Part shown: in pieces, positions 10,013-19,282 of the stretch
How the letters are laid out: each line of letters begins with the position of its first letter
How positions within the stretch are numbered: the first letter of the stretch is position 1
The notes under the pieces: model-generated
What the model saw: only the letters and a program-made list of their open reading frames with translations
Told to the model about the DNA's origin: nothing
Databases searched by the model: none
Source: an uncultured Gammaproteobacteria bacterium
Lineage (GTDB): Bacteria > Patescibacteriota > Patescibacteriia > S139-126
NCBI GenBank assembly: GCA_964620905.1
Contig: CAZUKA010000001.1
Coordinates: 158,524 to 222,523 of the forward strand
Length of the DNA: 64,000 nt
Direction: 5' to 3'
Position numbers and translations under genes: made by a program

Positions 10013-12775
10013 ATGAAATTATTACAAAAAATATTTGGCGATCCAAATGAAAAATATCTAAAAACTTTGTTACCGAAAGTTAAACAAATTAATGACCTTG
10101 AACAAGATATAAAAAACTTAACTGACGGAGAATTACGCCATAAAACAAACGAATTTAAACAGCGTCTACAAGCAGGAGAGAAAATCGACAATCTCTTGGT
10201 TGAGGCATTTGCAGTAGTGAGAGAAGCGTCTCGTCGTACCACGGGTATGCGTCATTTTGATGTCCAATTGCTTGGAGGAATGGTTTTACACAGTGGGCAA
10301 ATTGCTGAAATGAAAACCGGAGAAGGAAAAACATTGGTGGCAACTTTGCCTCTTTACTTAAATGCTTTAACTAATCAAGGAGTTCATCTAGTTACAGTTA
10401 ATGATTATCTGGCCAGACGTGATACAGTATGGATGGGTCAAATTTATCATTTTCTTGGGTTGACTGTTAGTTGTATTCAACACCAAGGTGTGTCTTATCT
10501 CTATGATCCTACCCACAAAAATATCGACGATCAAGCAGTAGTGGTTGATATGGATAATCTTCGACCCATCACTCGCGCTGAAGCGTATCGTACTGACATA
10601 ACCTATGGTACCAACAATGAATTTGGTTTTGATTATTTACGTGATAATATGGCCATTGAAACCTTACAGATTGTACAACGGCCATTGTCTTATGCTATTG
10701 TCGATGAAATCGATTCGATTTTGATTGATGAAGCTAGAACTCCATTAATTATTTCTGCCCCAGCCGAAGAATCAGGAAGTCAATATCAACAATTTTCTCA
10801 AATTGCTACTCAATTGGTGGAAAACCAAGATTATAATGTTGATGAAAAAATGCGTGCAGTTACTTTGACCGAATCGGGTATCGCGCGGGTAGAAAAAATG
10901 TTGCAAGTAGAAAATATTTATACGGATAAACAATTGGACTTGGTTTATCATATTGAAAATGCTCTTAAAGCCAAAGCACTATTTAACCGCGATCGTGATT
11001 ATATCGTTAAAGAAGGCGAAGTAATTATTGTTGACGAATTTACTGGTCGCTTAATGCCGGGTAGGCGATATTCAGAAGGATTACATCAGGCTATAGAAGC
11101 AAAAGAAGGTGTAAAAGTTCAACAAGAATCTCAAACTCTAGCCTCAATAACTTTCCAAAATTATTTTCGAATGTATGAAAAACTTTCTGGTATGACTGGT
11201 ACTGCTTTTACTGAAGCAGAGGAATTTTATAAAATTTATGCTTTGGAAGTAACAGTAATACCCACCAATAAACAAATAATTAGAAAAGATTTAGAAGATT
11301 CAATTTATAAAACAGAAGAAGGAAAATTTCATGCCCTTATTAAAGAAGTAAAAAAAAGGGTAGAACTTGGTCAACCGGTTCTAATTGGTACGGTTTCTGT
11401 TGAAAAAAATGAACTTTTACATCAATTGCTTGAACGAGCCGGAGTAAAGCATGAAATATTAAATGCTAAAAATCATGCCAGAGAAGCAGAAATTATTGCT
11501 CAAGCCGGACGTCCGGGTGCAGTTACCGTGGCTACCAATATGGCTGGTCGTGGGGTTGATATAATTTTAGGAGGTCAACCTTTTGACCAAAAATTACATG
11601 AGCAAGTTAAAAAGTCGGGTGGACTTCATGTTGTTGGAACAGAAAGACACGAATCCCGGCGTATTGATAATCAGTTACGCGGACGAAGCGGTCGCCAGGG
11701 TGATCCAGGTAGCACCCAGTTTTACATATCTATGGAAGATGATTTGATGCGTATTTTTGGTTCCGACCGGATGAAAGCGATAATGAATACGCTACGAGTC
11801 CCAGCAGACATGCCAATTGAGAATCGTTTAATAAGTAAATCTATTGAAACAGCACAAAAGAAAATTGAAGGTCATAATTTTGATATCCGTAAACATTTAG
11901 TAGAATATGATGATGTTATCAATAAGCATCGCGAAGCTATATATCGCAAACGTCGAGAAATATTATCGTCAGCTGAAGCTGATATAAAAAACAATGTTTC
12001 AGACCAAGATTCTGCTTTGCGTAAATTGATTTTACAAGCTCTTCAAGATGAAATAGAACAGGTTGTTTCTTTTCATACCACCGGCGAGAGAAGTAACGAA
12101 TGGAACACTAAAGAAATTTATGAAACAATCACTACTATTTATCCTGCGGAAAAAGAATTATTGTCAGAGTTGAAAAATTTATTTGAAAAAAGTTTAGATG
12201 GTGCTGCTCAAGCTGGGTATCGTACAGATTTGATTGAAAAAATTTTTCAAGATTTACTCAAAAAGTATGAGCAGTTATCAGATAAAATATTATCAGGACC
12301 CCTGGGAGAAAATAAACAAGTCATGCGCCAGATAGAAAAAGCTGTTTATCTTCGAGCCATTGACATTCATTGGATATCACATATTGATACTTTAGACCGA
12401 ATTAGACAGGGGATTGGACTTCGTGGTTATGGTCAAAGAGATCCTTTGGTAGAGTATAAAAAAGAAGCTTATCGGTTATTCAATGAATTATTACAAGCTA
12501 TTCAAAACCAAGTAGTTTATTCTATTTTTAAAGTTGCCCAGGCTCAGGAAGTTTCTTTGCGTTCGCCCTTACAACGGCGGGGGCTAATTATGTCAGCTCC
12601 TGCTAAAACTATGGATAAAAACCAAAATGCCAAGAATGATTTACCTAATAGTAGTAATTCTCAATTAGCTTCAGTAGAAAATGAATATGCCCGAGTTGCT
12701 GGTAAAAAAGTAGGACGCAACGATCTTTGCCCTTGTGGTTCAGGTAAAAAGTATAAACGCTGTCACGGGGCGTGA
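10013..12775 (+). CDS. secA: Preprotein translocase ATPase SecA
   Basis: 920 aa. SecA DEAD-like motor motifs are present and the C-terminal zinc finger CPCGSGKKYKRCHG is diagnostic. The gene ends with TGA. Confidence 0.95.
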   Translation: MKLLQKIFGDPNEKYLKTLLPKVKQINDLEQDIKNLTDGELRHKTNEFKQRLQAGEKIDNLLVEAFAVVREASRRTTGMRHFDVQLLGGMVLHSGQIAEMKTGEGKTLVATLPLYLNALTNQGVHLVTVNDYLARRDTVWMGQIYHFLGLTVSCIQHQGVSYLYDPTHKNIDDQAVVVDMDNLRPITRAEAYRTDITYGTNNEFGFDYLRDNMAIETLQIVQRPLSYAIVDEIDSILIDEARTPLIISAPAEESGSQYQQFSQIATQLVENQDYNVDEKMRAVTLTESGIARVEKMLQVENIYTDKQLDLVYHIENALKAKALFNRDRDYIVKEGEVIIVDEFTGRLMPGRRYSEGLHQAIEAKEGVKVQQESQTLASITFQNYFRMYEKLSGMTGTAFTEAEEFYKIYALEVTVIPTNKQIIRKDLEDSIYKTEEGKFHALIKEVKKRVELGQPVLIGTVSVEKNELLHQLLERAGVKHEILNAKNHAREAEIIAQAGRPGAVTVATNMAGRGVDIILGGQPFDQKLHEQVKKSGGLHVVGTERHESRRIDNQLRGRSGRQGDPGSTQFYISMEDDLMRIFGSDRMKAIMNTLRVPADMPIENRLISKSIETAQKKIEGHNFDIRKHLVEYDDVINKHREAIYRKRREILSSAEADIKNNVSDQDSALRKLILQALQDEIEQVVSFHTTGERSNEWNTKEIYETITTIYPAEKELLSELKNLFEKSLDGAAQAGYRTDLIEKIFQDLLKKYEQLSDKILSGPLGENKQVMRQIEKAVYLRAIDIHWISHIDTLDRIRQGIGLRGYGQRDPLVEYKKEAYRLFNELLQAIQNQVVYSIFKVAQAQEVSLRSPLQRRGLIMSAPAKTMDKNQNAKNDLPNSSNSQLASVENEYARVAGKKVGRNDLCPCGSGKKYKRCHGA

Positions 12776-12969
12776 CAGATGATAAATTTTAAAAATAAAA
12801 AAATCGCCAGTTTTTATTCAGAGCGATGTAAACAAGGTCTTTCGTTTGCCACTACTTAACCCTCTGATAATCTGGCGATAAGCTTAATCATTATCACTCC
12901 TTTGGGAGAGGAAAAGAGTTGCTTATTTCTCTTTTCTGATAAATAAATATTATTGCTAATGCTAAAATA

Positions 12970-13182
12970 ATGCAAATTAAGCAAGGTAGATACCAACATT
13001 ATAAAGGTGGTTATTATGAAGTCATTGGCGTGGCTAAACACAGTGAGACCAAAGCTGATTTAGTAGTTTATCAAAGTTTATCTGACAAAAAACTTTGGGT
13101 AAGGCCTAAAGAAATGTTTTTACAAGAAATAAAAATAGACAATCAAACGGTACCACGATTTAAATTGTTATTAGAAAAATGA
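12970..13182 (+). CDS. DUF1653-like small protein
   Basis: 70 aa. YQHYKGGYYEVIGVAKHSET...LVVYQSL matches the DUF1653 pattern (YRHYKGG.Y). The stop overlaps the start of the next gene. Confidence 0.45.
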   Translation: MQIKQGRYQHYKGGYYEVIGVAKHSETKADLVVYQSLSDKKLWVRPKEMFLQEIKIDNQTVPRFKLLLEK

Positions 13183-13928
13183 AAAAAATACTAATTATTT
13201 TATTTATTTTATTTTTTATATATCCAAATCTAGTTACCGCCCAAAGTAACCAGCAACTTGATAGTGATAACGATGGTTTATCTGATAGTGAAGAATTAAA
13301 TATATATTTTACTGATCCAATAAATCCTGACACTGATAATGATGGTTTTTCAGATGGAGAAGAGTTAAAAAAACATTTTTCTCCTCACGCACCAGAAAAA
13401 ACATTATCACAGCATGATCTTGATAAAGACGGACTATCTGACTGGTTGGAATTACAATTTAACACCAGTTTGAATAATCCAGACACAGATGGTGATGGTT
13501 TTAGTGATTATGAAGAAATATTGAATAGTTTTGATCCACTTGTTTCCACAGCCAATAAGTTACCCCAAACTATTATTATTGATACCAGCTCGCAAACACT
13601 TTCAGTTTTACTAAAAAATATCCCATTGTCAGTTTTTCCAGTATCAACTGGAAGAAAAGGTTATGAAACACCAAAAGGTGAATACAAAATAAACAATAAA
13701 ATACCTCGAGCTTGGTCTAAAACTTACGGTTTATGGATGCCTTATTGGATGAGTTTTATTGGTTCACAATATGGCATTCACGAACTGCCGGAATGGCCGG
13801 GTGGATTAAAGGAAGGTCAAAATCATTTAGGTGTTCCTGTATCCCATGGTTGTGTAAGACTAGGTATTGGTCCAGCTAAGTGGCTCTATAATTGGGCTAA
13901 TATTGGCACAAAAGTAATCGTACAATAA
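13179..13928 (+). CDS. Secreted L,D-transpeptidase (YkuD family) with N-terminal calcium-binding TSP3-like repeats
   Basis: Signal peptide. Four DxDxDG(L/F)SDxEE repeats of thrombospondin type-3 / OmpA-like calcium-binding type. C-terminal YkuD domain with the catalytic motif SHGCVRL. Confidence 0.7.
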   Translation: MKKILIILFILFFIYPNLVTAQSNQQLDSDNDGLSDSEELNIYFTDPINPDTDNDGFSDGEELKKHFSPHAPEKTLSQHDLDKDGLSDWLELQFNTSLNNPDTDGDGFSDYEEILNSFDPLVSTANKLPQTIIIDTSSQTLSVLLKNIPLSVFPVSTGRKGYETPKGEYKINNKIPRAWSKTYGLWMPYWMSFIGSQYGIHELPEWPGGLKEGQNHLGVPVSHGCVRLGIGPAKWLYNWANIGTKVIVQ

Positions 13929-14009
13929 AACCTAGTTGCAATATTTTTTCAGTCTAGTATAATATATTCGTTAAATATTTGATGGTTTACCCATCTTGTT
14001 TTTATAATC

Positions 14010-15710
14010 ATGACTCAAAAAAATTATCAAATAAGTAAGGTTGATAGTCGTCAAAAATTGTGGTTTAAAGCAGCCGTGATTGTTTTTATTTTTGTTTTTT
14101 TTGGAGCGATCGTTTATCCGGTAATGCCCAACTGGTTTCCAGGAAAAAATTGGTTTGATTCTTTTCAACCAAAATTAGGACTTGATTTACAAGGAGGTGC
14201 TCATTTAGTCTTTGAAACCGATATTTCACAAATTGAGATTGATAATCGATCGTCAGCTGTTGAAGGTGTTAGAGATGTAATTGAAAGAAGGGTAAATACT
14301 TTCGGTATAGCTGAACCATTAGTTCAAACAAATAAACAGGGTGATAAATATAGAGTGATTGTTGAATTGGCGGGGGTATTTGATATTGATGATGCAATAA
14401 AACAAATCGGGGAGACTCCATTATTGGAATTTAAAGAACAGAATCCTTCTTTCACCTCTGAAATTTCCTTAAATGCTGAGCAGCAACAGTCATTAGAAAA
14501 CTATAACAACGAGGCAAAAAATAAAGCTAAAGAGATAATCATTAAATTGAATCAAGGGGGAGATTTTATTACTTTAGCTAAAGAATTTTCCGAAGATCCT
14601 GGTAGTAAAGAAAACGGTGGAAACCTTGGTTATGTAAAAAGGAATGTTTTTGTCCCAGAATTTGAAGAGGCAATATTTAATCAATTAAAAAACAATGAAA
14701 TTACATCTGAACCAATAGAATCACAGTTTGGTTATCATATTATTCAGAAATTAAATGATCGTGGATTTGGTGAGGAACGAGAAGTCGAATCACGTCACAT
14801 TTTAATTGCCAAAATGACGCCGCAAGATTTAATTCCAATTGATAATCAATGGATCAATACCGAACTATCTGGAAAACATTTACAAAAAGCTCAATTGGTC
14901 TTCAATCAAAATACTAATGCCCCAGAAGTATCCTTGCGTTTTAATGATGAAGGCAAGAAATTATTTTCAGAAATTACCAAGAAAAATTTATATAAACCAG
15001 TAGCAATATTTTTAGATGGTCAATCTATCTCCATTCCGACCGTTCAATCTGAAATTACTGAGGGCGAAGCAGTAATCAGTGGTGATTTCACAATTTCTGA
15101 AGCTAAACTTTTAGCCCAAAGATTAAATGCTGGTGCGCTGCCAGTACCGATTACTTTGGTTAGTCAACAAACAATTGGACCAACTTTAGGCGTCAAGAGC
15201 ATCAATCAAAGTATTTTTGCCGGCATAATTGGTGTATTAGCTTTGGCTCTGTTTATGCTACTTTATTACCGTTTACTCGGTTTATTTGCTATTCTTTCGT
15301 TGGCGGTCTATGGTATTGTTGTTTTTGGTTTATTTCAATTTATTCCGGTGACTTTAACTTTAGCAGGTATCGCAGGTTTTATTTTATCTTTAGGAATGGC
15401 TGTTGATGCTAATGTTTTGATATTTGAAAGGGTCAAAGAAGAACTTAGACACGGTCAACCTCTAGATATAGCCATGTTAACTGGCTTCAAGCGCGCTTGG
15501 CCAGCAATTCGTGATTCAAATATTTCTACCTTAATCACAACCGGAATTCTTTTTTGGTTTGGAACTTCGGTTATTAAAGGTTTTGCTTTGACTTTAAGTA
15601 TAGGTGTATTAGTAAGTATGTTTAGTGCTATTTTTGTCACGCGAACACTATTAAATTTATTTGTGGTAAAAAAATTGGAGAGGTTTAAATGGCTGTTTGG
15701 TTTTAAATAA
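14010..15710 (+). CDS. secD: Protein-export membrane protein SecD carrying an inserted parvulin-type PPIase domain
   Basis: 566 aa. SecD start LGLDLQGGAHLVFE, P1-head segments and the C-terminal 6-TM bundle are present. Residues approx. 165-250 (GGDFITLAKEFSEDPGS...GGNLGYV...VPEFEEAIF...SQFGYHIIQ) are an unmistakable PpiC/parvulin rotamase signature. Confidence 0.85.
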   Translation: MTQKNYQISKVDSRQKLWFKAAVIVFIFVFFGAIVYPVMPNWFPGKNWFDSFQPKLGLDLQGGAHLVFETDISQIEIDNRSSAVEGVRDVIERRVNTFGIAEPLVQTNKQGDKYRVIVELAGVFDIDDAIKQIGETPLLEFKEQNPSFTSEISLNAEQQQSLENYNNEAKNKAKEIIIKLNQGGDFITLAKEFSEDPGSKENGGNLGYVKRNVFVPEFEEAIFNQLKNNEITSEPIESQFGYHIIQKLNDRGFGEEREVESRHILIAKMTPQDLIPIDNQWINTELSGKHLQKAQLVFNQNTNAPEVSLRFNDEGKKLFSEITKKNLYKPVAIFLDGQSISIPTVQSEITEGEAVISGDFTISEAKLLAQRLNAGALPVPITLVSQQTIGPTLGVKSINQSIFAGIIGVLALALFMLLYYRLLGLFAILSLAVYGIVVFGLFQFIPVTLTLAGIAGFILSLGMAVDANVLIFERVKEELRHGQPLDIAMLTGFKRAWPAIRDSNISTLITTGILFWFGTSVIKGFALTLSIGVLVSMFSAIFVTRTLLNLFVVKKLERFKWLFGFK

Positions 15711-16623
15711 TATGCATTTTCCCTTTATTAAAAAACGTAAATATTGGTATATTTTTTCCGGTTTATTGATAGCCATGTCTGTCGGGGCATTGTCTGTCTG
15801 GGGACTAAAACCCGGAATTGATTTTACTGGTGGCTCACTCTTAGAAGTTCAATTTACCGGTGAACCCCCAACCAACAGTCAGCTTAATGATGTAATTGGT
15901 GATTTAAATATTGGTAATGTAAGTGTTCAGCCATCAGAAGAAAATATTTTTATTTTACGTTTAAGAGATTTGTCTGAAAACGAACACCAATTATTAATTG
16001 ATTCTCTTAATAATTTTTATCAAACTGAGTTTTCAGGCGAAGTTATTGAACAACGTTTTGAGTCAATTGGTCCCACCATTGGCGTAGAATTAAAGAATAA
16101 GGCAGTAATGGTCACAATTTTGACTTTAATATTTATCATTTTGTTTATTGCTTATGCTTTTCGAAAAGTTTCATATCCGATGGCTTCTTGGAAATATGGC
16201 CTGGCTGCTTTGATCGCTTTATTTCATGATATAATAGTTTTACTCGGTGCATTTGCTTTTTTGGGAAAATTTTTTAACTATGAGATCAACGTCTTGTTTC
16301 TAACTGCTTTGCTCACTACTTTAGGTTATTCAATTAACGATACCATTGTGGTTTTTGATCGTATCAGGGAAAATATATTTAAACAACATGTAGATTTTTC
16401 CACGACTGTTGAAGAATCTATGAATCAAACTTTTGCCCGATCTATTAATACTTCCTTTACGACTCTACTGGTATTATTTGCAGTTTATTTTTTTGGTGGC
16501 GATAGCATTAGACAATTTATTTTGGCTTTACTAATTGGTATTGGAATAGGTACATATTCTTCTATTTTTGTAGCCTCACCTTTAATGGTAGACTGGTTCC
16601 TTATTTCTAATCGAAAAAAATAA
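15697..16623 (+). CDS. secF: Protein-export membrane protein SecF
   Basis: 308 aa. SecF N-terminus FTGGSLLEVQF and the 6-TM SecD/SecF C-terminal domain. Translationally coupled to secD. Confidence 0.85.
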   Translation: MVLNNMHFPFIKKRKYWYIFSGLLIAMSVGALSVWGLKPGIDFTGGSLLEVQFTGEPPTNSQLNDVIGDLNIGNVSVQPSEENIFILRLRDLSENEHQLLIDSLNNFYQTEFSGEVIEQRFESIGPTIGVELKNKAVMVTILTLIFIILFIAYAFRKVSYPMASWKYGLAALIALFHDIIVLLGAFAFLGKFFNYEINVLFLTALLTTLGYSINDTIVVFDRIRENIFKQHVDFSTTVEESMNQTFARSINTSFTTLLVLFAVYFFGGDSIRQFILALLIGIGIGTYSSIFVASPLMVDWFLISNRKK

Positions 16624-16634
16624 ATTTTTAATTT

Positions 16635-17093
16635 ATGAGAAAGTTACTTACTAAACAAGGACACAAAAAAATAATTGATGAATTGGATTTTTTAAAAAAG
16701 ACTAAAATTCCTGAATTAGCCAAAAGAATTGCAGAAGCCAAAGAACTGGGTGATTTATCTGAAAATGCTGAATATCAAGAAGCTAAGGACGAACAAGGTA
16801 TGGTTGCTAAAAAAATAAATGAATTGGAAGAATTACTTCGTGTCGCTACTATCACCGATAGTGACAATATTAATAAGACTGAGGTTGAAATGGGTAATAC
16901 CATCGTAGTTAGTACTGGAGAAAAAAATATCGAATTTAAGATAGTAAGTTCCAATGAAGTCAATCCAGCGGAAGGAAAAATTTCCAATGAATCACCGCTA
17001 GGACAATCATTTTTAGGTCGTAAAAAGGGCGATTTAGTTGAAGTTGATGTGCCAAAAGGAAAAATAAAATATAAAATAATCGATATTAGATAA
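16635..17093 (+). CDS. greA: Transcription elongation factor GreA
   Basis: 152 aa. N-terminal coiled coil with the acidic-tip region (DLSENAEYQEAKDEQ) and a C-terminal FKBP-like domain. Confidence 0.85.
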   Translation: MRKLLTKQGHKKIIDELDFLKKTKIPELAKRIAEAKELGDLSENAEYQEAKDEQGMVAKKINELEELLRVATITDSDNINKTEVEMGNTIVVSTGEKNIEFKIVSSNEVNPAEGKISNESPLGQSFLGRKKGDLVEVDVPKGKIKYKIIDIR

Positions 17094-17115
17094 TATTTTA
17101 GTTAAATATTGCTCT

Positions 17116-17144
17116 TTGCATAAATAACAAAAAATCAATATAAT
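17116..17144 (+). promoter_or_regulatory. Sigma-70-like promoter upstream of lysS
   Basis: TTGCAT -35, 17-nt spacer, perfect TATAAT -10, ending about 25 nt upstream of the lysS ATG. Sequence pattern only. Confidence 0.4.
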
Positions 17145-17168
17145 TGATGTAGATCAATTTATTTTTTT

Positions 17169-19280
17169 ATGAACATTCTTGAAAATAACTCGGAAGAATT
17201 TGAGATTAGAAAGAAAAAAATTTTAGCTTTAAAAAAAGCTGGTTTTAATCCTTATCCTGAAAGATTCAGTAAAGAGCATGATATTCGACAACTGTTTGAT
17301 TATGCTAATGAAAACGAAATTTTTGATGTCAAAGAAATAGATAGAAGTGATCAAATTTTTACCACTGCTGGCCGTTTAATGACCTTACGATCTCATGGCA
17401 AAATTACATTTGCTCACTTGCAAGATCATACTGGTAAAGTCCAGCTAGCTTTTTCTCTTAATATTTTATCGGCTGAAAAATATTGTGTTGTTGATTTATT
17501 TGATTTGGGCGATTGGTTGGGTGTTTCTGGTAAAATTTTCCGTACTCATAAAGGAGAAGTGACCTTGATGGTTTTTTCTTTTATTTTTTTAGGTAAAGCT
17601 TTTCGTCAATTGCCTGAGAAATTTCATGGGTTAAAAGATAAGGAAACACTTTATCGACAACGTTATTTGGATTTGATTGTCAATATAGAAACAAGGGACA
17701 GATTCCAAGCTAGATCAAAAATTGTTGATTTTTTACGTCGTTATTTACAGCAGAATAAGTTTGAAGAAGTAGAAACACCTATTTTATCACCTACGGCTTC
17801 CGGGGCAATTGCTAAACCTTTTATTACTCATCACAATGCCTTAGCAGCAGATTTTTATTTACGGATAGCTCCCGAAACGTATTTAAAACGCCTTATTGTT
17901 GGTGGGTATGAGCGAGTATTTGAATTTGCTAAATGTTTTCGAAATGAAGGTATTGACCCTTCCCATTTACAAGAGTTTACCATGTTGGAATATTATGCTG
18001 CTTATTGGAATTGGGAAGATAATATGGTTTTTACAGAAAAAATGATTAGCCAATTGGTCTTATCATTATTTGGCAAATTGAAAGTTAATTTATTTGGACA
18101 AACAATAGATTTTACTCCTCCTTGGCCGATTTTATCATTACGAGAGGCAATTTTAAAAAACACTAAAATAGATATTAATAAATTTAAAACAGCATCTGAA
18201 TTGCGAGTGGCAATTCATCAAGCAAAAATTTCTTTGGAAGAATCTGAAAATTTAGGCATTGGAAATTTGATTGATTTGCTCTATAAAAAAGTTGCAAGAG
18301 AAAAAATAATTCAACCGACTTTTTTAGTGAAACATCCAATTAGTCTATCGCCACTAGCTAGGGCCAATGATGACGATAAAAGAATTGCTGATCGTTTTCA
18401 ATTGTTGGTAAATGGTTGGGAAATTATTAATGCTTATTCTGAACTTGTTGATCCTTTTGAACAAAGGGAAAGATTAATTACGCAAAATAAACTTAAAGAA
18501 GGTGGTGATGAAGAAGCTATGATGATGGATGAAGACTATATTAAAGCAATGGAATATGGTCTGCCTCCGATATCGGGGTGGGGGATGGGAATTGATCGCC
18601 TTTGTACTTTATTTTTTGAACAAGAAAATTTAAAAGATAGTATTTTATTTCCCTTATTGAAAAGTAAAGATCAAATAGAAAAAAAAATTTATGACTCCGA
18701 GATATTGATTTCTGATCCCGGTATAACTTTTGAACAAGCACTAAAAATATTGAACGAATATATTCCTTCGACTGATCCTTTATATAAACATTCCTTAGCG
18801 GTAGAGGCAATTATGCGTTCTTTTGCACGTCATTTTAAACAAAATGAAACAGTTTGGGCAATTGCTGGGTTGTTGCATGATCTTGATTATTTAGAAACCA
18901 AAAACAATTTACGTCTTCACGGTCTTAAAACAGAAGAAATTTTAATTAAACATGGTTTACATCCGGAAATAATTTATGCGATCAAAGCCCACAATTATTT
19001 ACACGAACTTTCCTTATCTACTTTATTGGCAAAAACTTTGTATTCAGTTGAGGAATTATCTGGTTTAATTATTGCTTGTGCTTTGGTTACACCCGAAAAG
19101 TCATTATTGGCGGTTGATTTGGATTTTTTAAAGAAAAAATTTAAACAAAAATCTTTTGCTGCTGGTGTCAATCGATCAATAATTGCTAAGGCTGAAGAAT
19201 ATTTAAATATGAATTTGGATGAGATTATGTCTCTGGCACTCGCTACTTTACAACAAAAAAAAGATTTATTTGATCTTTAA
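17169..19280 (+). CDS. lysS: Lysyl-tRNA synthetase (class II) fused to a C-terminal YqeK-like HD-domain hydrolase
   Basis: 703 aa. Residues 1 to approx. 510 are a complete class II LysRS (OB anticodon domain, motifs 1-3, GLPPISGWGMGIDRL). Residues approx. 515-703 carry H..H, LLHDLDY and IKAHNY motifs that align with the HD-domain Ap4A hydrolase YqeK (H...HD, IRYHT). Confidence 0.85.
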   Translation: MNILENNSEEFEIRKKKILALKKAGFNPYPERFSKEHDIRQLFDYANENEIFDVKEIDRSDQIFTTAGRLMTLRSHGKITFAHLQDHTGKVQLAFSLNILSAEKYCVVDLFDLGDWLGVSGKIFRTHKGEVTLMVFSFIFLGKAFRQLPEKFHGLKDKETLYRQRYLDLIVNIETRDRFQARSKIVDFLRRYLQQNKFEEVETPILSPTASGAIAKPFITHHNALAADFYLRIAPETYLKRLIVGGYERVFEFAKCFRNEGIDPSHLQEFTMLEYYAAYWNWEDNMVFTEKMISQLVLSLFGKLKVNLFGQTIDFTPPWPILSLREAILKNTKIDINKFKTASELRVAIHQAKISLEESENLGIGNLIDLLYKKVAREKIIQPTFLVKHPISLSPLARANDDDKRIADRFQLLVNGWEIINAYSELVDPFEQRERLITQNKLKEGGDEEAMMMDEDYIKAMEYGLPPISGWGMGIDRLCTLFFEQENLKDSILFPLLKSKDQIEKKIYDSEILISDPGITFEQALKILNEYIPSTDPLYKHSLAVEAIMRSFARHFKQNETVWAIAGLLHDLDYLETKNNLRLHGLKTEEILIKHGLHPEIIYAIKAHNYLHELSLSTLLAKTLYSVEELSGLIIACALVTPEKSLLAVDLDFLKKKFKQKSFAAGVNRSIIAKAEEYLNMNLDEIMSLALATLQQKKDLFDL

Positions 19281-19282
19281 AT

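Noticed and set aside
10013-12775. Possibility of an alternative genetic code (UGA = Gly/Trp as in some CPR lineages)
   Set aside because: secA ends ...CHGA followed by TGA. Several other well-defined genes also terminate at TGA with correct lengths, and no in-frame TGA interrupts the conserved proteins. The standard code 11 applies.
12856-13041. 61-aa minus-strand ORF in the secA-DUF1653 intergenic region
   Set aside because: It overlaps the DUF1653 start on the opposite strand and has no motif. The structured-RNA/IGR interpretation is more economical.
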